Of a stretch of DNA of 64,000 bases, positions 35,901-48,113 are shown one piece after another. The stretch's first letter is position 1, and every line of letters begins with the position of its first letter. The stretch spans positions 168,704 through 232,703 of the forward strand of contig CDMY01000964.1 in the NCBI GenBank assembly GCA_001179505.1, in the 5' to 3' direction. This stretch comes from Vitrella brassicaformis CCMP3155 (taxonomy: Eukaryota; Protista; Chromerida). Made by a program: the position numbers and the translations under genes. The notes beneath the pieces are model-generated. The model worked only from the letters and a program-made list of their open reading frames with translations, searched no databases and was not told the origin of the DNA.

Positions 35901-38900
35901 CGCGGATGAGATCGGCAGCTCCTTCAGATACACAACGGGGCAGCTGATCGATCGAAGACACGTAAGTAAGCATTTACCATTCATCCAGTGAGTCAGTCCA
36001 GTGTGTGAAGCATGTGATGCATGGGATGTGACGTCTGCTTTCGTGTGGATACCTCGTAGTCGCCTTTTGAGTATCTTGCCGTAGAGCCTGGCCGTGTCGC
36101 GGTCCTCGAAGGGCAGGTGGCCGCATATCATTGCGTACAACACCACTCTGCAGTCAATGCAATGCACCCACAACACAACACAACNNNNNNNNNNNNNNNN
36201 NNNNNNNNNNNNNNNNNNNNNNNNNNNNNNNNNNNNNNNNNNNNNNNNNNNNNNNNNNNNNNNNNNNNNNNNNNNNNNNNNNNNNNNNNNNNNNNNNNNN
36301 NNNNNNNNNNNNNNNNNNNNNNNNNNNNNNNNNNNNNNNNNNNNNNNNNNNNNNNNNNNNNNNNNNNNNNNNNNNNNNNNNNNNNNNNNNNNNNNNNNNN
36401 NNNNNNNNNNNNNNNNNNNNNNNNNNNNNNNNNNNNNNNNNNNNNNNNNNNNNNNNNNNNNNNNNNNNNNNNNNNNNNNNNNNNGCAGCAGTGTCGGTGT
36501 TTCTTTCGTGTGAGTGTGGCTTACGTTGTGGTGACGCCGTTGTGTTTGTTCTGCTGCAGCTGTGAAACGATGTCCCGCCGGCTGAGCTTCCACAGACGCG
36601 CACACTCGTCCAGGACCTCATCGTCCAACTGCACCGCATCCCATCGACAGACACACCCAGAGACAGAGAGACATGGATGCCTGCGTGTGTGTGTGTGTGT
36701 GTCTATGTCTTGCCTGAATCAGTTCGAGCTCCCTCCAGTTGCGGCACCGCTCACAGGACGCCAACCAGGAAAAGAACCGGGAAACTAGCTGCAGAGAAAT
36801 GACAGATGAGATATGACAGGCACTCTCCCATCCGGCGACACACAGACAGACACACAGACAGACACATGTGGTACCTCGCAGGATGAGGAGTGTCCCCCCT
36901 CCGACAAACGCGGCGGCCGCTCGGGGTCCATGACCTGGAAGTGCTGATACCTGCACACACACACACACGCACATGCGCCCACATCACTTGCTGTCTGTCT
37001 GTCTGTCTGGTCCCTCCCCTCAGTCCCTCCCTCACTCACCAAGGGTGCTGACGGATCTGGTGGATTTGGAGACGTTGTTCGGGCCGCGGATGAGATCGGC
37101 AGCTCCTTCAGATACACAACGGGGCAGCTGATCGATCGAAGACACGTAAGTAAGCACAAACCATTCATCCAGTGAGTCAGTCCAGTGTGTGAAGCATGTG
37201 ATGCATGGGATGTGACGTCTGCTTTCGTGTGGATACCTCGTAGTCGCCTTTGAGTATCTTGCCGTAGAGCCTGGCCGTGTCGCGGTCCTCGAAGGGCAGG
37301 TGGCCGCATATCATTGCGTACAACACCACTCTGCAATGCACCCACAACACAACACAACACAACACAGACATGCACGCATTCATTGTGTGATGGATGCGAT
37401 GCCACGCCACGCGTGTCTGTCTGTCGCTGGTCTGTCTGTCAACTCACCCGCACGACCACACGTCGCTGCCGCCGGGCTCGTAGTGATGGCCTGCCAGCAT
37501 CTGCATGACAACACAACACACCATTCGTTAACTAACGACCAAGAGAGCTTTGGGTGAGGANNNNNNNNNNNNNNNNNNNNNNNNNNNNNNNNNNNNNNNN
37601 NNNNNNNNNNNNNNNNNNNNNNNNNNNNNNNNNNNNNNNNNNNNNNNNNNNNNNNNNNNNNNNNNNNNNNNNNNNNNNNNNNNNNNNNNNNNNNNNNNNN
37701 NNNNNNNNNNNNNNNNNNNNNNNNNNNNNNNNNNNNNNNNNNNNNNNNNNNNNNNNNNNNNNNNNNNNNNNNNNNNNNNNNNNNNNNNNNNNNNNNNNNN
37801 NNNNNNNNNNNNNNNNNNNNNNNNNNNNNNNNNNNNNNNNNNNNNNNNNNNNNNNNNNNNGTTTGTTCTGCTGCAGCTGTGAAACGATGTCCCGCCGGCT
37901 GAGCTTCCACAGACGCGCACACTCGTCCAGGACCTCATCGTCCAACTGCACCGCATCCCATCGACAGACACACACAGAGACAGAGAGACATGGATGCCTG
38001 CGTGTGTGTGTGTGTGTGTCTATGTCTTGCCTGAATCAGTTCGAGCTCCCTCCAGTTGCGGCACCGCTCACAGGACGCCAACCAGGAAAAGAACCGGGAA
38101 ACTAGCTGCAGAGAAATGACAGATGAGATATGACAGGCACTCTCCCATCCGGCGACACACAGACAGACACACAGACAGACACATGTGGTACCTCGCAGGA
38201 TGAGGAGTGTCCCCCCTCCGACAAACGCGGCGGCCGCTCGGGGTCCATGACCTGGAAGTGCTGATACCTGCACACACACACACACGCACATGCGCCCACA
38301 TCACTTGCTGTCTGTCTGTCTGTCTGTCTGGTCCCTCCCCTCAGTCCCTCCCTCACTCACCAAGGGTGCTGACGGATCTGGTGGATTTGGAGACGTTGTT
38401 CGGGCCTCACCGTGAGCATGCCGCGGATGAGATCGGCAGCTCCTTCAGATACACAACGGGGCAGCTGATCGATCGAAGACACGTAAGTAAGCATTTACCA
38501 TTCATCCAGTGAGTCAGTCCAGTGTGTGAAGCATGTGATGCATGGGATGTGACGTCTGCTTTCGTGTGGATACCTCGTAGTCGCCTTTTGAGTATCTTGC
38601 CGTAGAGCCTGGCCGTGTCGCGGTCCTCGAAGGGCAGGTGGCCGCATATCATTGCGTACAACACCACTCTGCAGTCAATGCAATGCACCCACAACACAAC
38701 ACAACACAGACATGCAGACATGCACGCATTCATTGTGTGATGGATGCGATGCCACGCCACGCGTGTCTGTCTGTCGCTGGTCTGTCTGTCAACTCACCCG
38801 CACGACCACACGTCGCTGCCGCCGGGCTCGTAGTGATGGCCTGCCAGCATCTGCATGACAACACAACACACCATTCGTTAACTAACGACCAAGAGAGCTT

Positions 38901-40073
38901 TGGGTGAGGAGGAGGAATGCACGTGTGTGTGTGTGTGTGTGTGTGTCTGTGTGTCGTCAGTGTCTCACCTCGGGCGCGGCGTACTGGGGCGAGCCACACG
39001 CCGTCTTGAGCGACTGACCGGCCTGCACTCACACACATGCACAGAGAGACAGAAGATGATACCGCACCCCACCCAGATGTGTGTGCGTGCGCGGACAGCT
39101 GATGCATGGAGGCATGCACGTGTGTATGTTCCCCCTCCCTCCCTCACTCACGTGGTATGTATTCGATAGTCCGAAATCCACGACCTTGATGTCGCGATAC
39201 TCATCCAGCAGAAGGTTCTCGGCCTTGAGGTCCCTGACAGACAGCACCAACACAACAGAGGAGCGAGCGACAGACAGACAGACAGAGGCACTGCAGTGGC
39301 ATTCCCACTCACAGGAGGGGACACACCTCCCTCCCTCCCTCCCTCCCTTCAAAACACCACACCCACCTGTGCGCCACGCCCATGCGATGCAGCTTCTCGA
39401 CGCCGGCGAGGATCTGCTGGAGGAACTTGCAGGCCTCCCTGTCCGTCAGCCCGCGGTGCGCGTTGATGTAGTCGAAGAGCTCGCCGCCCGACGCATACTC
39501 CATGATCAGCAGCAACTGGTCGTGTGTCTGCAGAATCTGATAGACGCACAGAACAAGACAGAGTGGATGGATGGATGGATGGATGGCGAGGTGAGTGCGG
39601 TACCTACCTCGTACAGCTGGATGACATGTGGGTGTCGGATTCTCAGCAGAATGCTGATCTCCCGCACGACCCGGGTCCAGTCCTCGTCGCCCTTGATCTT
39701 GTCTTTCTCTAGTATCTTGATGGCAACCTTCTCGCCTGGACACCAACCAACAAAACACACACAGCACGCACATCCAACACACACCAATTTGCCCAGCCCA
39801 GCTCAGAGTCTTTTGTCTTTCTCACTCACTCGTCCTTGTGTGGGTCCCGAGCCTGACTTTGCCAAAGGTGCCTTCGCCGATCGTCGCTCCGAGGACGTAG
39901 TCGCCAACCTTCTTGACTTGGTGCTGGCTGCTCGCGGCATTCCCCTCACCACTTGGCCGGCTTGCTGGGCTCCAGCCGTCGACGTTGGCACGCTCACGGG
40001 TCGGGGCGGGAGGGATGACCGGCACCGAAGGGTCGGTCACACGCGCTGTCAGGCCGGGCGACTCGTCCACCAT
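32190..40073 (-). CDS. SNF1/AMPK-related Ser/Thr kinase (kinase + UBA-like + long low-complexity tail); internal exon block triplicated in the assembly; 3' end approximate
   Basis: YVLGATIGEGTFGKVRLG, VAIKILEK, IMEYASGGELFDYI, HR|DLKAENLLLD, VVDFGLSN, TACGSPSYAAPE, DVWSCG, LPFED; UBA-like SQLQQNKHNGVTT|TFYLLDK. Confidence 0.85.
35090..38910 (-). repeat. Three near-identical ~1.4-kb copies of the kinase subdomain IX-UBA exon block, separated by N-gaps
   Basis: Blocks 35090-36184, 36485-37560 and 37861-38910 share the same exon and intron sequence, e.g. gtttgttctgctgcagctgtgaaacg and ggtcctcgaagggcaggtggccgcatatcattgcgtacaacaccact. Confidence 0.9.
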
Positions 40074-40309
40074 CACCACAGGAAGCTAGCAGTAGCGAGA
40101 CCAACCGAGTTGAACCGACCGAGTCTGACTGATGCGATGAATCGCCGACCGAGCTCACGAGAAGGAGTCAAATGACGTGACGCCTCTGGCGGGCTGTTGT
40201 CGAGCAAGGGGGATGGGCGACTGGGCCACTGAGGCAAATGAGAAGCGATGGATGAATCAACCGATGGGAATCCTCCAAGCACCAGCAGATGGGTGCAACA
40301 CAGGCGGCT

Positions 40310-40407
40310 GCTGGTCCTTAGACACCAGTGGGCTCAAACGAAAGGATAGAAGCTGCGCGCTGGTCCTTAGACACCAGTGGGCTCAAACGAAAGGATAGAA
40401 GCTGCGC
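40310..40407. repeat. Perfect 2 x 49-bp tandem duplication
   Basis: gctggtccttagacaccagtgggctcaaacgaaaggatagaagctgcgc at 40310-40358 and 40359-40407. Confidence 0.95.
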
Positions 40408-40698
40408 TCTCGGCGAGTGCCGATCCGAGGTCCCTCGGCATGGAATGTCGCAGCTTGGCGTGGTTGGGGATCTACTCCACGGTGGGAAGACCTCATCATT
40501 CCGTCATTCCCTGGCGTGGGAGTCGTCCGGAGGCCTACTGGCCTTCTGCTGGAAATCTGTTTCACGCAAGCAATTGCCCTAACCCAAACAGAGGGTTCGA
40601 GATTCGGAGACAGAGTTTTTTTCCGTTTCTTTCTCCAGTCCCATCCTTCAATATCAGCCTCAGGACGCGAGTCGCCTGATCTATCCATCTACCTGACC

Positions 40699-42420
40699 AT
40701 GGCCGCACGTCACGTGTGCCTCCCAGCACCTCCCGGTGCCGCACCATCAGCCCGCATGACCGTCCCTTCGGCCGGGGCGAGTCACTGTGGTGAGGCGGAC
40801 GAGGCGAGCAGCGAGCACCACCGAGTGACGAAGGTTGGCGACTACTGTACGTCCTCGGAGATACGATTGGCGAAGGCACTTTTGGCCTAGTCAGGCTGGG
40901 GACCCATACCAAGACGAGTGAGTGAGAAAGGGGATGGATTGTGGGCTGGGCTGGCATTCTGGTGTGTGTGTTGTGTCTGTGTGTTGTGTGTGTGTCTGTG
41001 CTGTTGGTTAGCTGCTGTTCAGATGAAAAGGTAGGTGGCCATCAAGCTCCACAACTCCATCGGACTCACCGAGAGGGAGGCGTTTCTTTAAGTTCCTGCA
41101 CCAGCCGAGAGCTGAACGCTCCACCAGACGGGCGTCGCTCTCAGGTGTGTGGAAGGGAGGGAGGGGAGAAGGGGTGGCTTGTGTCTCTTTCTTCTCTCTC
41201 TTGTCACNNNNNNNNNNNNNNNNNNNNNNNNNNNNNNNNNNNNNNNNNNNNNNNNNNNNNNNNNNNNNNNNNNNNNNNNNNNNNNNNNNNNNNNNNNNNN
41301 NNNNNNNNNNNNNNNNNNNNNNNNNNNNNNNNNNNNNNNNNNNNNNNNNNNNNNNNNNNNNNNNNNNNNNNNNNNNNNNNNNNNNNNNNNNNNNNNNNNN
41401 NNNNNNNNNNNNNNNNNNNNNNNNNNNNNNNNNNNNNNNNNNNNNNNNNNNNNNNNNNNNNNNNNNNNNNNNNNNNNNNNNNNNNNNNNNNNNNNNNNNN
41501 NNNNNNNGCCAGAGGTGAGACACGCCACACACAGACACGTGTGTACTCGCAGGCAGCCATGGACCTGATGCCCACTTGTTGGTCTTCGTGTGTGTTGTCT
41601 TGTAGATGCTCGCTGGTCTGGCCTACGAGCCCTCCAGATGCGACGTCTGGTCGTGTGGGTGAGCGGACAGACCAGCGAATAATCGACACAGACTGCATGC
41701 ACGTCTGTGTTTGTTGCACTGTGGGTGCAGGGTGGTTCTGTATACGATGGTCTGCGGCCACTTGCCCTTCCAGCACCCCGACAAGGCCGCGCTGCACGAT
41801 AGGATACGACGAGGCGACTACGAGGTGTGAATATTCACACACGACTTCGCATGCCATGATCGAATGAGTAAGGCAACATTCATTAAGATCGTGGACTTTA
41901 ATTAATTTGTCCAATACATACCAGGTGAGAGAGGGAGGGAGGGTACCCACAGCCCACCCGTATCCTCTTCTTTCTCTCTCTCTCTCTCTCTCTGTGGTTT
42001 TGTCTGTGCAGGCCGGTCAGTTGCTCAAGACGTCGTGCGGGTCGCCGACTTATGCCGCACCCGAGGTGAGACACACCACACACAGACATGCATTCCTCCT
42101 CACCCGATGCTCACTTGGCCATTCACGTGTGTTGTGTTGTGTTGTCTTGCCTTGCAGATGATCGCTGGCCGTCAGTACGTGCCCGCCGTGTGCGATGATG
42201 TGTGGTCGTGCGGGTGAACCAGCCAAGCAGCCCAGCCCGCATTGCCTTACACAACGCATACCAGACACGTCTGTGTCTGTCTGTGTCCTGTTGTGCCGTG
42301 TTGTGTTGTGAATGGGATGCATTGCAGGATAATTCTCCACGCGCTGGTATGCGGGCACCTGCCCTTTGAAGACCCCAGCACGGCAACCTCTACCGAAAGA
42401 TACTCAGTGGCGACTCGACA
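40699..42420 (+). pseudogene. Degenerate inverted copy of the SNF1/AMPK-type kinase
   Basis: KVGDY followed by a 5-nt insertion that frameshifts VLGDTIGEGTFG; large deletions; DFG replaced (GACTTT-AATTAAT-TTGTCCAATAC); intact remnants LKTSCGSPTYAAPE, DDVWSCG and CGHLPFED. Confidence 0.85.
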
Positions 42421-42923
42421 GACAGGCAGGCAGGCCGGCAGGCCAGCGACTGACTCATCGGCGGGGGAGCCCAAGATCGCTGCCTACACTTTATATTCGA
42501 CGGCAGAGACATGATGGCTGGACGCATGTGTGCATATATGTACTCATGTGTGTGTGCGTGTGACGGGACCTTTGAGTACATTTGATTGATGCTACAACGG
42601 ACCACTTAATCAACCATTGCTGCAGGTGAAGAATGACGTACATACGCACGTGTTGACGGCACAGAGCCATCCCATGGGAATGAGCTCTTGGCTCATAGAA
42701 ATGACACAGGGAAGGAAGGAGTTCACAGCAGCCAGCCACAGCCTCGGCTAAGTAGGACACTCCCGGCATAAAAAGACATGCGTACATAATACACAACGCA
42801 TGCTCAGTGGGGCTCGGCCGGCCTTTCTGGCACATCCATCCATCAACACATTTAGCGAGCGGGGCCAGGCGGGCCATCACATGATACATACATGTGCCTG
42901 GGAACCGACCCCTAGCTGAGTGG

Positions 42924-45900
42924 CTAGAGTGCCGTGGGGATGTATCGGCTCGTGCGCTCGCCATTCCTGATGATCTCCCTGCACATACACAAGACACACA
43001 AACAGACACAAAGACATTCACACACGTTTCCGTTGCCGTCCATCCCATCCCATCCATGCATCCCTCATGTCCCTGTCTGTCTGACCGTGCGATTTCCGCT
43101 CGTGTGTAGAGCAGCCGCAGGTTGTCGTTCATGTTGGGGTTGAAGGTCATCGGCCGCCCCCGCGCCAAGTGCTGGTCAGTCTCCCCGTGGCGGTCCACAT
43201 ACGGAACGTCAGTAAACGCATTCCTATACACACAGAGAGACAGAGAAGCAGACATCAACCCATGCAGACAGGCAGCGTGTGTGTGTGTTGTGTCGTTACT
43301 TGGGTGCGTCGACGAGCAGCAGGAGTGCCTTGTGTGTGAGGAAGAAGACGCCCTGGCCGTTGCCGCATGTCCGCGCGTGGCGGGTGCACTCACCCTGACA
43401 TCACAATCAGCACACGACAGACCAACCAAACCATCCACCGCTCCATCCATCCGGCTGTCCATCCATCAATATCTCTTGCCTCTTCGAATCTCCGTTGGTC
43501 GTGTTCTCTGAGGTTGACGGCCACCACACACCCACACAGCAGACACAAAGCCGGCTCCTCAGGCAACTTCCCGCACTGGACAGGATACCCACACAGACAC
43601 CCACGACACGACACACCCGATCATTGCAAGGAAGTGCCCACATGTATCTCCCCCCTCCCTCCCGTGCAGTGCTCAGCTGGCGTACAATGGCGCTTTTGCG
43701 TCCATAGGTCATGCGGATGACCTCGACATACGTCTTGGGCAGGTGACAGAACTTGACGGGCTCGATGCGGTCCACCTGGGGCGGCACCACCGACACGCCA
43801 TACCGACGCCAGTGCCGCGCACCCGACGGCCGCAGCTCGGGGTGCCACATGACGTTGACGGCCTGCCGCAGGAGGGAGGGGTCGAGGCAGTCATCGAGCG
43901 TCTGGGGCATCCCCAGCACCTGCGCCAAAGCCGTGAACCGTTGAGCTGCGGCGTTAGACAGAAACGCTACACGATTTCTGCACACATAGGGGAGGGAGGG
44001 AGGAACAGAGAAACAGAGGCAAGCACGTGTGTAGAGGGGTGTGTGTGTTCGGATGTATCTCTTTCCTGTCTGACTCACTTGTCTGTGTCGTGGAGTTGCC
44101 ACAGACACGAGACGATCCAGCATGCGATTTGCATGAAGGACGAGAGGCTCTCGTGCAGCTGCTGCTGGAACAGCTCCCACAGCGCCGCACGCCCAGCCAC
44201 ACGCTCGGCCTCACTGCCGTACCACAGCAGCCTCGACACACCCTCCCTCCCCCCGCCACAGGTGCTGAGGAAGTCGAAGACCGAGAAGCACAGCTGCTGC
44301 AGCCCCTCCTCACACCTGACGTCGGCCGTGCCGTCCATCTGCGTCTCGGAAATGTGCGGCCTGGCCTGCCGCAGCACCCGCAGCAGCTCGTCCATCACGC
44401 GCCCCTCTTGCTCACTCCACTTCCTCCCCGGCACCTTTGACCCACTGTCAGGCGGCCGCTCGCCCCCCCACTCCTTTGCAAGCCTTTCGACTGTCTCCTC
44501 GGCTATCGGCGTCAATGTGCGCGCCCTGGATGAGTGGAATGGGTCCATGATCGACGACCTGTCGTCCGGCCGCCCCTCAGCGGTCAGCCCCAGCCACGAC
44601 AGGCCCAGCGCGGCGTCGTCATCGAGCTTTCCGTTGTGGGCTGTGTCATCCAGAGCACGTGTGAAAAGCTGACGGGCCAGGTCGTAGTTGAGGGCCATCT
44701 GCAGGCAGACGTCGCGCGTGTTGGGCGCCTGGGTGGCTCGGCCGTGCGGGGCGCCGAGGAGGTAGTCTGCAGGGATGAGGAAGGAGGGGTCCTTGGCCGC
44801 CCTTTCCCTCTCCTTGAGCAGCCTCTCCAGCTGTGTTTGCCGCTGGGTGGTCGCCGCCCCGATGATGACCTCGTTGAGCACCTGCATGGCGCGGACCGTC
44901 ATGAGCTGCCGGATGGCCTCCCTCATCTGGCCCGGAGAGGTCATCTTGCCGGCCACGAAGGAGCTCATGAGGGCCCGCCTGACATCGCACCCCCATGGCG
45001 TGAAGGGGACGTCTGTGTAGCCGTCGCTGCCGTCATCGTCGGAGCGTGGACTGAGGGGCTCTAGAGTGGCGCCTGGGGGGATGTGAGCGGGGAGGGCATC
45101 GGTGAAGGGGACGTGATCGACCTCATCCAATTGGGGCGGAGTGCTGGGGTGGGTCAAGGTCGGCGGCTGGTGCTCACCCGCCCCCTCCACACCATGCTCA
45201 TCCTCCATCAACTCCTCAGGCACCATGTCCATCCTGTCCCCGGCCGCTGGCGGGTGCGGGGCGGCGGCAGCCGCCTGCTGCTGCGGCCGCTGCTCCTCCT
45301 CTGTCGCCTTGCTTGGCGGCCTCCCGGCCTCTTCCCGCGTGTCGCACACCTGCGGGAAGAAAGGGTTGAGGATGCGCTTGTCCCTCCAGAAGTCGACTGA
45401 GAAGTAGTCGTCGCTCAGGATGGGCGTGAACTCCTCGCCCGCTGCCACGGCCCACCAGTGGGCCGTCAGCCGGTACAGCAGTGCATTGCGGATGAGCGTG
45501 ACGTACAGGGGGACGGGTGGGACTGAGAGGGCGATCTGGTTGGGCCGCAGGGCGGCGGAGATGAGCAGCTCGTAGTAGGCCGCCCAGCTGACGTGCGTCA
45601 TGCCCTCCCAGCAGGTGTGGGCCAGCACGAGGTGGGGGTGCTGTGGGTCGGCGACCTTGCCGCGGGAGCAGGTCTCTGGCTGGTCGAAGGAGTCTGTCCA
45701 GCACTTGTATGCGTCCTCTCGTGTGGTTGGGGGGAGGCTGGGCTGCGTCTGGGCGTCAGGGACCATGATGTAGCCGTCAGGCTTCACACGGATGTCCTGG
45801 TCGGGATGCAAACTGACACACAACAGACAGACAGCATGGAGGATTAATGAGAACAGATCATTCCCCATCTCCCTCTCTCCCCTTCCCTTCGTGTGCGTCG

Positions 45901-46663
45901 GTGCGTCTCCCCTACCAGTCGAGGTAGTGTAGGTGTGAGTATCTGCCCAGCTCCCTCCTGAGCACCTGCCCAAGGAGAAAGAGGTACCGATCATCGCCCT
46001 CGAAGCACCTCTCGGCGTCGTCGAGTGCCACGACCTCCGTCTCGTCGGTCTTGCCAAACTGCTCCCCGATCTTGTCCTCCGTCCCGCCCACCCAATCCAG
46101 CGCTCTCAGCCCCTCCACCGGGTGGTCATTCTCCTGGTCGGGGTGGTCATCCGACGCCGGGGAGTGGTCCTCGTCCAGGTCGAGCATGGAGTGGTCCCCC
46201 GGGCCGCTGCGGTCGCTCGGAGAGCCGTCTGTCTCGTCTTGCTGCATGGCTGGAAGGCCTTGAGAGGTGAGCTGCTCGATCCGCTCCTCGCTGGCCTGCA
46301 CCGTCAACGGCTCCGCCCTCGCTCGCCGCTCATCGGACGTCAATGGCCGCGAAGAGTCCTGATCACGCTCCTTGGCGAATCGCAGCCGCACGTGGCTGTC
46401 CGGGGGAGGGGGCGGGGGTGCGCCGTCGATGTCCATGGCTGCTGGGCCGTCTGTGTCTGTGGGCGGTGGGTGGGGAGGCCGGTGTGGACGCCACATGAGT
46501 GTCTGGGTGTTGAACGAGTCGGGGTGTACGATGTATGAGAGGGGGAGGTAGGGGAGGCGGATGTTGGACAGGGCGCGGCACATCGGGCAGGGGAACTCCC
46601 CCATCTCAACAGACACAAAGAAGAACTCCCCAGTCTTTATAGATGCACACACACAAAGACACA

Positions 46664-46697
<34 letters not shown>

Positions 46698-48080
46698 CAG
46701 ACATATACAAGTCTGGTTGTCGTCCCTCCTTGTGCTTCATTCGGTGGCTGACTTACTTCGTGTCTCTGTTTGACGTTGAGCAGGTGCTGTCCAAGGCAGG
46801 ACAGATGCCCAACATGGCCGCATGTGGTGATAGCCGGACACCTCCACGGCATCGCCCTCTTCCCCCTCTTGGCCACCCGCGGCAGCACGTCACTCACGCT
46901 CACCGACGCCAGGAGGGCCAAGGGCGACTCGGGCGTCCCCTTCTCCCTGCACAGGCAGCAGATGAGGTCGTCGTCCTTCTCCAGGAGCCGCTCGTCTGGA
47001 GCCTCCAGGGTGTCGTTCATGGCGTCCTCGTCTTCATCATCGAGGTCTTGCTCGTCCTCGAGCAGATGGGAGAAGTTCTGCTGCACCTTAACGAAGTTGG
47101 CCAACATTTGCGCCTGCCGCTGCTTGGCCGTGTCCATCCTCGCCTTGCGCGATGAGGCAGCGGGGCCCAGCGGCTTGGCGGCTCCCTCGGGGGCGTTGTT
47201 GTCCTTCAGCCGACCGTGCCAGCTCACAACCCTGTGCAAAAGAAGCGGCACGAGACGAGACACACATGGGTGTGGGTGTGGGTGTGGGTGTGGGTGTGGT
47301 TTTGATTACCTACCTCGGCAGCAGGACTTTGAGGCACCTCTGATGGAAGTCTGCCCCCTCCATGTGTTCCATAAGGTAGCTCAGGGTCTCTATCAGCTGA
47401 TCCACATGCCCAGCCGTCAGCCGGTCAAGCACCACAGACCGCGCACTCACCCCGCCCTCCCCCTCTCCACCCCCATCCCGCCACTCTCGTGTCGCACTCC
47501 GAGTGCTCTCCGCTCCGGGCCCGTCCATGGCGGCGACCGACAGCATCAGCTCCTCATCTCCGCCCTTGGGCTCCGAGGGGTCCGGTTTGGGAGCGAGGGG
47601 CGGGGAGGGGTCGAACGTCAGAGGGGGAGAGGTGAAGGGTGCGTTAGAGTTGGGGCATGCGAATGCCGACGACGGTGAGAGTGAGCGGATGGGAAGGGGA
47701 GATGCGTCGGGGGGTATGCGGGTGGGGAGCTTCTGCCTTGTGTGGAGGGGGTTCTGCGTGTTGTGGAGGCTGTCCAGGATCTTCAGGATGGACGCGAACA
47801 AGGGGTCGGCGTGGGGGTGGTCACCATGAGCACGATGCGCCTCTGAAGCCAAGCAACAACAACAAAAGAGAAAACACCCAGAAAAGATCATTGCGTGATG
47901 TGTGTGACTGCGCGGGCGGTCCGCACCTTCTGCGCCGTGTTTCTTCCTCATTTTGATGAGAGCTTTGACGCGTGCGTCGAGTGTGTCCAGGATGAGGTCG
48001 AGCAGCAGGGTGTCCTTGAACGAGTCGGCTATCAAGTCGCGCACATAGTCATACTCCATACTCATCCCAGAATCAAACCT

Positions 48081-48113
<33 letters not shown>

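Noticed and set aside
35114-38105. Long ORFs running through N blocks
   Set aside because: Artefacts of translating N as X; frame across a placeholder gap is meaningless. The TRIP4-AlkB case rests on flanking sequence, not on the ORF call.
40310-40407. Direct repeat as a possible CRISPR array
   Set aside because: Only two adjacent units, no spacers, no cas genes, eukaryotic context.
42460-42900. Possible coding fragment after the UBR1 stop (..HFYEPRAHSHGMALCRQH..)
   Set aside because: No start, splice context or recognisable family; could be UTR or a decayed fragment.
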